Assembly (NCBI GenBank): GCA_004297725.1
Contig: SCUS01000042.1
Span: 1,048-65,047 of the forward strand
Origin: Myxococcaceae bacterium
GTDB taxonomy: Bacteria > Myxococcota_A > Polyangia > Polyangiales > Ga0077539
Direction of reading: 5' to 3'
DNA: 64,000 nt
Positions 19,988-27,672 of this stretch are shown here, piece by piece. The translations under genes were made by a program, and so were the position numbers. Under the pieces are notes generated by a model. That model did not search any database. It had not been told where the DNA came from and saw only the letters and a program-made list of their open reading frames with translations. The number at the start of each line of letters is the position of its first letter. Position 1 is the first letter of the stretch.

Positions 19988-21469
19988 CTATTGCCGGGTG
20001 ACCCGGAGCGTCACGCGGTCGAGGTAGCCCTGTCGGTTGACGCCCGCGGCGATGACCGTGCGCGCCAGGTCGGCGAGCCCGAAGACCTTCTCCGGGCTGT
20101 CGTAGGAGGTCTCCGCGCTGCCGGTGGTGAACCACTCCGAGGCCATGGCGGCGGGGTTGACCGTCCATCGTCCGTAGAGCCCGAAGTTGTAGTCGCGGGT
20201 GCCGGGAGGGAGCTGCCGGCAGTCGATGCCGGTGCGCACCGTGAAGGGTCCGGGCAGGGTGCGCATGGCCTCTCGGGGCATGAGGAAGAAGCCGTCGAGG
20301 GGGGTGGGCGACTGCCAGGTGAGCGAGACCGTCGCGAGGGGCGGCGGGGGCATCGGGCCGAACTGGATCACGCCGTCGAGGCGGATGCGCGCCTGGCCGT
20401 GGACATCACAGCGGGCGGGGATGACCAGGGTCTCGCCCTGGCGCACCGGGCGGTCGACGAGGACGCTGTCCGCCGCGCCGCCGCTCTCGTTGCGCACGGC
20501 GTTGAGCACGCGCGCGGTGAGCCCCTCGAAGGGAGACCACTCGCTGAAGGCGATGTCGGCGGGCGACTGCCGCAGGGTGATGCGCTCGACGGAGAGGCGG
20601 CGCTGCATCTCGCCCACGAGCTGTCGCCCCCGGGGGATGTCCCGGGTGAGCACGAAGAGCAGCAGCGGGCGGGCGCCCTGCCAGCGGAAGGCGCCGGACT
20701 CGCCGTTCATGGCCGGAGAGCTGGCGGAGAAGCGCACGCCGTTCCACTCGGGGTCGGTGTTGAGGGCGGCGACGTGCTGGGTGATGCGCGACCACATGGG
20801 CGGGTCGAGCCTTCGCTCGGCGAAATAGCGGCCGTCGAAGGGCAGGATGAGGCGCCCCACCCAGAGGCCGTAGCCCTCCTCGACGCGCTGGCGGAGCAGG
20901 GCCGCGAGGCAGCTCGGGTCGGCGCCCGCGGTGCAGGCCACGTCGCCGCTCGCCCCCGGCTGGAAGGGCGTGCTGGTGCTCTGGAAGCCGTCGGTCACCA
21001 GCACGGTGACGTTGTAGGGGTCGAGGGGGTCGGGCTGCTGGAGGTCGGGCCTCGGGGCGCGCGGCGGCCGTCGGAGCGCGAGGTGCAGCGCCGAATACCC
21101 ACCACGGTATGTCGCAGGCAGCCGGGCCTGCTGGGCGGTGAGCTGCGGGGCCTCGCAGTGGACGGCGGTGTCGACGGCGCAGCGCTGGAAGGGGTTGTTG
21201 AGCTGGAGCGCCGAGAGGGAGGCCTCGATGACCTGGGCGTGGAGGGTCTGCAGGGCGGTGGAGCGGGTCGAGGTGAAGCCCCGGATGCTCTCGGAGACGT
21301 CGACGAAGACCTGGGCGCCCCGGCCGGGAGGCGCCGCGGGGGTTGCGGCGGGGGCGACAACGGAGGGCGCGGCGGGCGAGGGCGCGGGGGCCGGAGAGGG
21401 CGAGCGGGAGGGGTTGCACGCGGCCAGGGTGAGGAGCGCGGCGGCGGCGAGGGGGCGGGCGGCGAGCAC
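19988..21469 (-). CDS. Lipoprotein with a von Willebrand factor A (vWA)-like domain
   Basis: MIDAS-type DxSxS (VFVDVSESI) and VLVTDG lie about 100 aa apart. Lipobox LTLAAC. I preferred GTG 21469, which is 8 nt after the upstream stop and gives MLAARPLAAAALLTLAAC. The alternative start 21502 would overlap the upstream gene by 26 nt. Confidence 0.65.
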   Translation of the reverse strand: MLAARPLAAAALLTLAACNPSRSPSPAPAPSPAAPSVVAPAATPAAPPGRGAQVFVDVSESIRGFTSTRSTALQTLHAQVIEASLSALQLNNPFQRCAVDTAVHCEAPQLTAQQARLPATYRGGYSALHLALRRPPRAPRPDLQQPDPLDPYNVTVLVTDGFQSTSTPFQPGASGDVACTAGADPSCLAALLRQRVEEGYGLWVGRLILPFDGRYFAERRLDPPMWSRITQHVAALNTDPEWNGVRFSASSPAMNGESGAFRWQGARPLLLFVLTRDIPRGRQLVGEMQRRLSVERITLRQSPADIAFSEWSPFEGLTARVLNAVRNESGGAADSVLVDRPVRQGETLVIPARCDVHGQARIRLDGVIQFGPMPPPPLATVSLTWQSPTPLDGFFLMPREAMRTLPGPFTVRTGIDCRQLPPGTRDYNFGLYGRWTVNPAAMASEWFTTGSAETSYDSPEKVFGLADLARTVIAAGVNRQGYLDRVTLRVTRQ

Positions 21470-21476
21470 CCGGGCG

Positions 21477-21881
21477 TCAGTGGGAGGTGACGACGGCGGC
21501 ATCGACGTACTCGCGGTTTTCCACGGCGGCCTCGATGAGGGAGGCGGCTTCGATCTCCAGGCGCTGGTCGCGCGGGCCGCGGACGACGTAGACCGCGCGG
21601 CCGTTCTCGACGGTCTCGCGGACGGAGACCTCGTCCTGCAGCTCGACCGGGGCGAGCAGGGTGCCTTGCCGCACGACGGCCACGTAGGAGTAGTGGCCTC
21701 GGGCGCGGCCGCCGACGAGCACCGACCAGAGGATCTGCCCGTGCTGGATGCTCACCTGCCCGACGGGCTCGCGGTGCTGGTCGGCGTAGCAGAGGCAGTA
21801 GCGCACGCCCGGAGGGAGGGAGCAGAGGTCCTCGGGCTTGGCGTGGGGGCAGCGGACGGAGACGCGGAGTGGGCGTGCCAT
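21477..21881 (-). CDS. Hypothetical 134-aa protein (Cys cluster CPH-x6-C-x9-C-x-C at N-terminus)
   Basis: Very strong GC3 bias in this frame. Non-degenerate amino-acid composition. Operon position. No recognised family motif. Confidence 0.55.
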   Translation of the reverse strand: MARPLRVSVRCPHAKPEDLCSLPPGVRYCLCYADQHREPVGQVSIQHGQILWSVLVGGRARGHYSYVAVVRQGTLLAPVELQDEVSVRETVENGRAVYVVRGPRDQRLEIEAASLIEAAVENREYVDAAVVTSH

Positions 21882-21894
21882 GGCGGTATTGGGT

Positions 21895-22206
21895 CTACTC
21901 GATGGTCCAGAGGCGGCGGGCGAGCACGTGCTCCATGAAGAGCTCGAGGGGAGAGAAGCGAAGCCAGCGGGTGGTCCCGGGCGGAACGAGCGGCAACGGG
22001 GCGATGGCGTTCTTGGCGAGCTGGGCCTCGAGGGCCATCTTGGTGGCCTCGAGACCGGGGTCGATCTTCGAGGGCGACGGCAGCTCCGAAGGGAGCTTCG
22101 GGGTCTCCAGAATGCCCACCTGGACCTTCTGGGCGATGGGCTCCTCGCCGAAGCGGTAGTGCGCTCGCGTACCGATCACCGGCGGGGTCTTCGAGTCCTG
22201 GCTCAT
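21895..22206 (-). CDS. Hypothetical 103-aa protein
   Basis: Only the last 103 codons of the 1094-aa track ORF look coding (MSQDSKTPPVIGTRAHYRFGEEP...). The ATG overlaps the upstream stop (ATGA at 22203-22206). High GC3. Confidence 0.55.
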   Translation of the reverse strand: MSQDSKTPPVIGTRAHYRFGEEPIAQKVQVGILETPKLPSELPSPSKIDPGLEATKMALEAQLAKNAIAPLPLVPPGTTRWLRFSPLELFMEHVLARRLWTIE

Positions 22207-25200
22207 CGGGTTCCTCCGAAGGGTGGCATGCCGGGCATGGGGGGCATCCCGGGCATGGGGGGCATGCCGCCCGGGGTCGGGTCGGGCGGCGGGGTGAGCA
22301 TGGCGGTGAGCTGCTCCCATCGCTGCCCGGCGAGGAAGACCTCCGCGGTCTGTCCGCGCTGCGTCGCCTGCGACGACACGAAGGTCATCTGCTGGTTCTG
22401 CACCCAGGCGAGCTGCTCCGGGGTCATGCCCGGCATCACCATCGTCTGCATCAGCTTCTGCCACTGCTGCGCGGCCAGCATCCGCTCGGGAGACTGACCC
22501 GACTGGGCGGCCTGCGTGACCACCTGCTGCCAGAGCTGCCGCTGCGCGAACTCGACCGCCGTGACCCCCATCGTCGCGGCCTGCGCCGCGAGCATCGGCC
22601 ACTGCTGCACCAGCGCGAAGGCCACCATCTCCATCGGCATCGCGAAGCCCGGGAAGGCCCCCATGGGCGAGGGCATCGCCGCGGGCATCGCGGGCGTCGC
22701 GGGCATCGCAGGCATCGTGGGCATCGAGGGCATCGCGAGGGGGAGCATCGCGGGCACCGCCACCGGCGCGACGGGCGCTTCCGCGGGCGGAACGAAGACC
22801 TCGAACTGGCTCGGGTCGTCCTGCGCGGGCGGACCGAAGGGGCGGTACCAGGGCACGCGGCGGCTCTGGTCGTTGAGCCAGAGGTCGAAGCCCAGCACGC
22901 CGTGACGCTCGGGCGCGCGGTTCTTGAAGAAGCGGGCGGCGTCTTCGGTGCTGTGGTGGGCTCCGAGCAGCCCGAGGGCCACGGCGGCCTTGCGGTGCGA
23001 CCCCTCCGCGGGGAGCACGAAGGAGATGTCGAAGGTGAGCCTCGGGTCGAGCAGGCTGATGTCGCCGTCGCTGATCTCCCCGGCGATGTCGGTCTCGCGG
23101 AGCAGGTCGAGCAGCCGCTCGTAGACCCGGTGGGCCATCATCTGCTCGACGGTCTTCATGCCGTCGCGGACGATGTCTCCGAAGCCCCAGCCGTTGCCGA
23201 GCAGCACCAGGCAGAACTCCACCACGCGCTTCTGCTGGGGGCCCTTGTTGATCCCGAGGATCCACCGTCGCTGGGCGCCTGATCCGGAGAGCGAGAAGAG
23301 GCGGTTGTGCGAGAGGTCGAGCGCGCCCTGGGCGGTGCGCCCGTGCTCCAGGCAGACGCCCGCGAGGGTGCGCGCCACATACTCGACGATGTAACCGATG
23401 AAGACCCGGGCGCGGCGCTCGGCGGTGGCCTTGCGCGCCTCGGCGATGACGTGCGGCGACTCCAGCAGCGCCTTGGCCGACTGGCTCTGGCGCACCGCGC
23501 TCGCGAGCCGGGTGTACGAGCCGACGCCGGGCATCACGCAGGCGCCGCGGCGGTCGCCCTCGCCGGCGCCGACCAGCGAGCGGAGGTACACGCTGCCGCC
23601 GAAGAAGATCGAGGAGCTGAATACGTGGGGGTGTAAGCCGGAGTGGCCCTGGCTGTTGGTGCGGGCGAGGGTGTCGTCGACCAGCACCTCCAGCGATCCG
23701 CCGCCGAGGTCGAGGTAGACGCGGAACATCTTGTCGGACGAGGCGTGCCCCGCGGCGGCCTGGGCCTCGTCGATGAGGGGCGTCGCGGGGAAGACGAAGT
23801 CCGCGCCGGTGAGCTGCTTCAGGCGAGTCCCTGCCTCCTCGGCGGCGAGGCGCAGGGTCTCCAGGTCGCCCTCGTCGAAGGCCAGCGGGAAGCTGTAGTT
23901 GACGTTGACCGTGCGGGGCGCGGCCTCCTCCTCGGAGAGCAGCGACGCGGCGGTCATCAGCATCGCTCCCTCGAGGAAGCGCGACTGGAGCGCCTGCACG
24001 ATCTCCCGGCGGGCGAGGGCGCTCTTGTCCTTCTCCACGGCGCGCAGCCACTTGAACTCGCTCACCGTGTGCTCGGACGAGACCGCGCTGGAGGCGCCGC
24101 GCAGGGGCACGCCGAAGTCCTTGCCGAAGGAGAGGGCGTTGATGGCCGACTCGGAGGCCACGTCGGTCCACTTGCGGACGCAGCCGAGCTCGCTCGGGAG
24201 CAGGTCGTGCGAGGGGCCGGACCACTCGCCGCCGGGCCAGAGGTCGATGCCGCGGTGGATGGTGGGCGGGCCCCCGTCGAGGAGGTTGAGCGTGGTGGAG
24301 GTGCGGTCGCGGCTGCGCTCCGGGGCCACGCACTGCAGGCTCCCGTCGCGCCGCTTCACGGCGATGACCGTGTTGGAGGTTCCGAAGTCCACGCCGAAGG
24401 ACCAGGTGTCGCTCGGGAGCGCGTCGCCCGGAGGAGCGAGCGGGAAGAGCCCTCCGCCGACGGCCTCGGCGCCGCCTCCCTGCGTGGCCTGCATGAACTC
24501 CACGCTCACCCACGAGGGGCGTCCCTTTCGGGTGGCGCCGACGTAGCCCGTGGGTCCGCTCTCCCCCTCCCGGCCGACCTCCTGGTCGAGCGCGACCACG
24601 TCGAGGCGGGTCTCGCTGGTGGGCCGGCCGTCGACGTCGCTCGGGGGCACGAGCATCCGGGCGCGCAGCATCCTGCCCTGGGAGAAGAGCGCCATGCCCT
24701 CCTCGGTGGCCGCCTGGATGCCCACCACGTAGTAGCGCCACGCGTTGGTGGGGCGCTTGAGGTTGGGCCACACGCGCAGGGTGACGCCGCGGAAGGCCAC
24801 CGCGTCGACGTCGCCCGCGTTGGGAGAGAAGGGGTTGGCCGGGAGCAGGTCGCACTCGTAGGTGGGCCACTCGGTCTGCTTGAGCCCTCGCAGCGGGAGC
24901 ACGCACTGGTAGCGGGACTTGCCGCGCTCCTGGATGACCCGGCCGAAGAGGTGGGGCTTCTCCCGGGCGAGGCGCACCTGCGCCGGGTCGAGGCAGTCGA
25001 GGTACTCGGGCATCACCGGGAGCACCGGGATCTGCCGCTCGCCGCCGGACATGAACACCGGCACCGAGCGGAAGCAGATCTGCTCCTTGGAGAGCGACTC
25101 GATCTCGCTCTCGACGCGCAGCTTGAGGCGGCCGACGGTGATGACGTTGGCGGCTCCGGCGACGCCGCCCTCGCGCCACCGCACCCAGCGCCCGGAGTCG

Positions 25201-25364
25201 GCGCGAGGGAAGACCCGCTCCAGCGCGCGGATCTTCACCCGGTCGCTGCGGCAGATCGGGCAGTGCAGCTTGCGGGGCTCGGCGCCCTTGCGCGCGAAGA
25301 GCACCGTCATCTCCAGGCGGCTCAGGTCGAAGCCGCAGTGCTCGCAGTGATTTTCTTGCTCCAT
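22203..25364 (-). CDS. Large zinc-ribbon / ASKHA (Hsp70-actin-like) ATPase protein with a Met/Pro/Gln-rich C-terminal tail
   Basis: N-terminal CEHC-x26-CPIC zinc ribbon. ASKHA phosphate motifs WSFGVDFGTSNTVIAV and FRVYLDLGGGSLEVLV. C-terminal ~230 aa contain (MPx)n and GGMPPMPGMPPMPGMPPFGG repeats. Confidence 0.75.
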   Translation of the reverse strand: MEQENHCEHCGFDLSRLEMTVLFARKGAEPRKLHCPICRSDRVKIRALERVFPRADSGRWVRWREGGVAGAANVITVGRLKLRVESEIESLSKEQICFRSVPVFMSGGERQIPVLPVMPEYLDCLDPAQVRLAREKPHLFGRVIQERGKSRYQCVLPLRGLKQTEWPTYECDLLPANPFSPNAGDVDAVAFRGVTLRVWPNLKRPTNAWRYYVVGIQAATEEGMALFSQGRMLRARMLVPPSDVDGRPTSETRLDVVALDQEVGREGESGPTGYVGATRKGRPSWVSVEFMQATQGGGAEAVGGGLFPLAPPGDALPSDTWSFGVDFGTSNTVIAVKRRDGSLQCVAPERSRDRTSTTLNLLDGGPPTIHRGIDLWPGGEWSGPSHDLLPSELGCVRKWTDVASESAINALSFGKDFGVPLRGASSAVSSEHTVSEFKWLRAVEKDKSALARREIVQALQSRFLEGAMLMTAASLLSEEEAAPRTVNVNYSFPLAFDEGDLETLRLAAEEAGTRLKQLTGADFVFPATPLIDEAQAAAGHASSDKMFRVYLDLGGGSLEVLVDDTLARTNSQGHSGLHPHVFSSSIFFGGSVYLRSLVGAGEGDRRGACVMPGVGSYTRLASAVRQSQSAKALLESPHVIAEARKATAERRARVFIGYIVEYVARTLAGVCLEHGRTAQGALDLSHNRLFSLSGSGAQRRWILGINKGPQQKRVVEFCLVLLGNGWGFGDIVRDGMKTVEQMMAHRVYERLLDLLRETDIAGEISDGDISLLDPRLTFDISFVLPAEGSHRKAAVALGLLGAHHSTEDAARFFKNRAPERHGVLGFDLWLNDQSRRVPWYRPFGPPAQDDPSQFEVFVPPAEAPVAPVAVPAMLPLAMPSMPTMPAMPATPAMPAAMPSPMGAFPGFAMPMEMVAFALVQQWPMLAAQAATMGVTAVEFAQRQLWQQVVTQAAQSGQSPERMLAAQQWQKLMQTMVMPGMTPEQLAWVQNQQMTFVSSQATQRGQTAEVFLAGQRWEQLTAMLTPPPDPTPGGMPPMPGMPPMPGMPPFGGTR
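22225..22272. repeat. Coding tandem repeat, 18-bp unit x ~2.7 (GGCATGCCGGGCATGGGG)
   Basis: Direct reading. It encodes the PMPGMPPMPGMPP tail of the 1053-aa protein on the minus strand. Confidence 0.9.
22671..22757. repeat. Coding imperfect 9-bp tandem repeat (GGGCATCGC-like, ~9 copies)
   Basis: Direct reading. It encodes AMLPLAMPSMPTMPAMPATPAMPAAMP on the minus strand. Confidence 0.85.
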
Positions 25365-25460
25365 CCGTGCGCTCGGCGCGGGAGGATAGCCGAGATGCTC
25401 CTCGGCGGGGGGCGGAGGGAATTTCCAGCGGTCTCTACGACCACCGCGGCGACCGCCAGA

Positions 25461-25500
25461 GGCCCGCGAAGGCCCGCGAAGGCCCTCGAAGGCCCGTCAA
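25461..25500. repeat. Four tandem 10-bp repeats GGCCCnnnAA in a divergent intergenic region
   Basis: The copies ggcccgcgaa ggcccgcgaa ggccctcgaa ggcccgtcaa are read directly. They lie 97-136 bp upstream of the minus-strand operon start (25364) and 86-125 bp upstream of the plus-strand gene (25586). Confidence 0.9.
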
Positions 25501-25585
25501 GGGGCGCTCGACGGGGCGTGCTGCGTGGGCTGCGCCGCACGGGCGGCGGGCGGTCCGCCTTGGCCCTGGTGTATGAAAGTGCTCC

Positions 25586-27529
25586 ATGCGCAGCCCATCA
25601 CGCGGTCGGGGTCGCGGCCTGTGGGCGATCGCCCGCAGCCTGATGCTGTGCGCCGCCCTCGCGGGCTGTCGCTCCGAGGAGGAGCCCGCGCTGCGCCCGC
25701 CAGCGAGCCTCGGCGACGGCTTCGTGGACATCACCCCTGCGCTCCCGCCCGGCTTTCCCAGCGCGGTGGGCCGCGACGACGAGCCCATCGGCACCGCGGG
25801 GGCGCTCGCCGACCTCGATGGCGATGGCCTCGCCGAGCTGCTGCTCTCCGTCGCCAACGACCGCGCTCCCTCCTCGGGGACCGCGCTGGTCTACCGCTTC
25901 GACGAGGCCGCATCCCGCTTCGTGCCGGGCCCGAGCGTGCCCCTCTCCGACCGGTCGCTGGTGTTGGCCGCCGCGGACCTCGACGGCGACGGCGTCGCGG
26001 ACCTGCTCACCGGCATGGAAGATCCGCGGGTGGTGTGGGGCGAGCGCGGCGGCGCCTTCGGCTCCTCGACGCAGCTCGAGTCGGCTTCGCTGGTCCGGGG
26101 CGGCACCTCGATCGCGGCCGCGGCGCTCGAGGACCTCGACGACGACGGCTGGCTCGACGTGCTGCTGGGCAACGCGCGGTGCTGCCCCACCTGCCAGGCG
26201 CTGCACCCCTTTCTGCGCACCGGTCCTCGCGCCTTCGTCGATCGCCCCGACCTCGTCCTCGAGAACCCGGTCGGGGGGCTCTACGCCGTGATGGCCGCGA
26301 CGCTCGGAGCCCGCGGCCGGATGCTGGGCGCCCTCGGCGACGGCTGCGGCGAGCGGCCGCCGGCCTTCTTCCGGGCGTCGTCGCTGGGCGCCGACGGTCT
26401 GCCGCGCTTCTCGGCCTTCGACCCGACCCCGCCCGACGCGGTGTTTCGCCACGAGGCGAGCGCCGAGCGGCCGTGTCCCTCCATCGACTGCCGATCGCCG
26501 ATGGGCGCGGCGTGGGGCGACCTCGACGGCGACGGCCAGCTCGACCTCACGGTCAGCCTCGACCCCCTCCAGGCCTTCTTCCGCGGCGGCCCGGAGTGGC
26601 TCATGGCCGACCGCAGCGCGGGCACCGCGATGGAGGCGATCAGGGCCGACGGCGGTCGCGCCATGAAGCCCTGGGGCACCGCGCTCATCGACCTCGACCT
26701 CGACGGCCGCTCGGACGTGGTGGCCGTGCACGGCGACGACCACGAGTCGGCCACCAACCCGGCCTCCTTCGTCGGTCCGCAGCACGCGACGGTGCACTGG
26801 AACGGCGGCGACTTCCACTTCGCCGACCTCACCGCGCTCTCGCACCTCGGGCGACGGGGACAGTGGCGCTCGCTCTTCGTGGGCGACCTCGACCGGGACG
26901 GCGACGCCGACCTGATCGTGGGCGGGCTCGGCGAGGCGCCGAGGGTCTATCGCAACGCGATCGCGACCGGCAACGCGGGCCTCGCGCTGAGGCTGCGGGG
27001 TACCACGAGCAACGCGCTCGGGATCGGCGCGAGGGTGACGGTCTGGCCGTCCGAGGCGGGGCCCTCGCAGTCGTACCCGGTGGGAGGCAGCGCGTCGCCC
27101 TACGTGGTCTCCGACCCGCTGGTCTTCGTCGGCCTCGGCGGATCGAGGGCCGCGGCGAGGGTGAGGGTGACCTGGCCCTCGGGCACCGTGCAGGAGCTGC
27201 GAGGGCTGCGCGCAGGCACGGTGCACCTCGTCGAGGAGCCACGGCTCATCGACATCACCCCGTCCACGAGGCACCTGCCCGCGGACGGCCGCTCCGAGGC
27301 GGTGCTGCGCATCACGCCCCGGGCTCCCGACGGTTCGGTGAGGACCGAGGCCCGCGTCGAGGCCGAGTTGGTCTACGGCGCGGGGCGGCTCGCGGCGCCC
27401 GCGGCGAGGGAGGGAGACGCCTGGGTGGTGCGCGTCGTGGCCCCGTCGGCGCAGGGCTCGGGCGTGGTGGTCGTGCGCGTGGACGGCGTCGCGGCGGGCG
27501 TGCGCCCCCGCCTCTGGTGGGACGGTTGA
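25586..27529 (+). CDS. CRTAC1-family lipoprotein (FG-GAP/VCBS repeats plus ASPIC/UnbV domain)
   Basis: Lipobox LAGC. Repeated D-x-D-x-DG motifs (DLDGDGLAELL, DLDGDGVADLL, DLDDDGWLDVL, DLDGDGQLDL, DLDLDGRSDVV, DLDRDGDADLI). UnbV-like segment GIGARVTVW...RVRVTWPSGTVQEL. Confidence 0.85.
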   Translation: MRSPSRGRGRGLWAIARSLMLCAALAGCRSEEEPALRPPASLGDGFVDITPALPPGFPSAVGRDDEPIGTAGALADLDGDGLAELLLSVANDRAPSSGTALVYRFDEAASRFVPGPSVPLSDRSLVLAAADLDGDGVADLLTGMEDPRVVWGERGGAFGSSTQLESASLVRGGTSIAAAALEDLDDDGWLDVLLGNARCCPTCQALHPFLRTGPRAFVDRPDLVLENPVGGLYAVMAATLGARGRMLGALGDGCGERPPAFFRASSLGADGLPRFSAFDPTPPDAVFRHEASAERPCPSIDCRSPMGAAWGDLDGDGQLDLTVSLDPLQAFFRGGPEWLMADRSAGTAMEAIRADGGRAMKPWGTALIDLDLDGRSDVVAVHGDDHESATNPASFVGPQHATVHWNGGDFHFADLTALSHLGRRGQWRSLFVGDLDRDGDADLIVGGLGEAPRVYRNAIATGNAGLALRLRGTTSNALGIGARVTVWPSEAGPSQSYPVGGSASPYVVSDPLVFVGLGGSRAAARVRVTWPSGTVQELRGLRAGTVHLVEEPRLIDITPSTRHLPADGRSEAVLRITPRAPDGSVRTEARVEAELVYGAGRLAAPAAREGDAWVVRVVAPSAQGSGVVVVRVDGVAAGVRPRLWWDG

Positions 27530-27553
27530 CGCGACGGCTCCGGCGCGTCGCGT
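27529..27553 (+). terminator. Candidate hairpin immediately after the CRTAC1-like gene stop
   Basis: Stem ACGCGAC (27529-27535) / GTCGCGT (27547-27553) with an 11-nt loop. No U-tract, so this is weak. Confidence 0.25.
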
Positions 27554-27574
27554 AGCTCCCGCGGCAGCACCGAA

Positions 27575-27586
27575 CCCCGATCGGGG
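27575..27586. promoter_or_regulatory. Perfect 12-bp palindrome CCCCGATCGGGG upstream of the lipid-type cluster
   Basis: Read directly. It lies about 87 bp upstream of the SDR gene start and is a possible operator. No protein partner is identifiable from sequence. Confidence 0.2.
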
Positions 27587-27672
27587 AGATCGTGTCCAGC
27601 GCGCGACGCGCCGTACCCGGCGCTTGATCATCGTCATTTTGGATGCGGGCGGCCGGAGCAGCATCCGGCGCG

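Noticed and set aside
22207-25179. The first ~990 codons of the 1094-aa minus-strand ORF 21895-25179.
   Set aside because: This out-of-frame overlap with the 1053-aa ASKHA gene is extremely Arg/Pro/Gly-rich. Only the terminal 103 codons (from ATG 22206, ATGA-coupled) look coding and were kept as a separate small gene.
25461-25500. Tandem repeats, considered as a possible CRISPR array. The same question was asked of the 9-, 12- and 18-bp coding repeats.
   Set aside because: The units are only 9-18 bp, directly abutting without spacers, and no cas genes are present. This is not CRISPR. The 10-bp array is kept as a candidate regulatory repeat.
23643-27664. Antisense or alternative-frame ORFs 23643-25643 (+), 25525-27555 (+) and 25598-27664 (-).
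   Set aside because: Their composition is degenerate. The 25586-27529 frame has the FG-GAP/UnbV motifs and a lipobox. The others are shadows.
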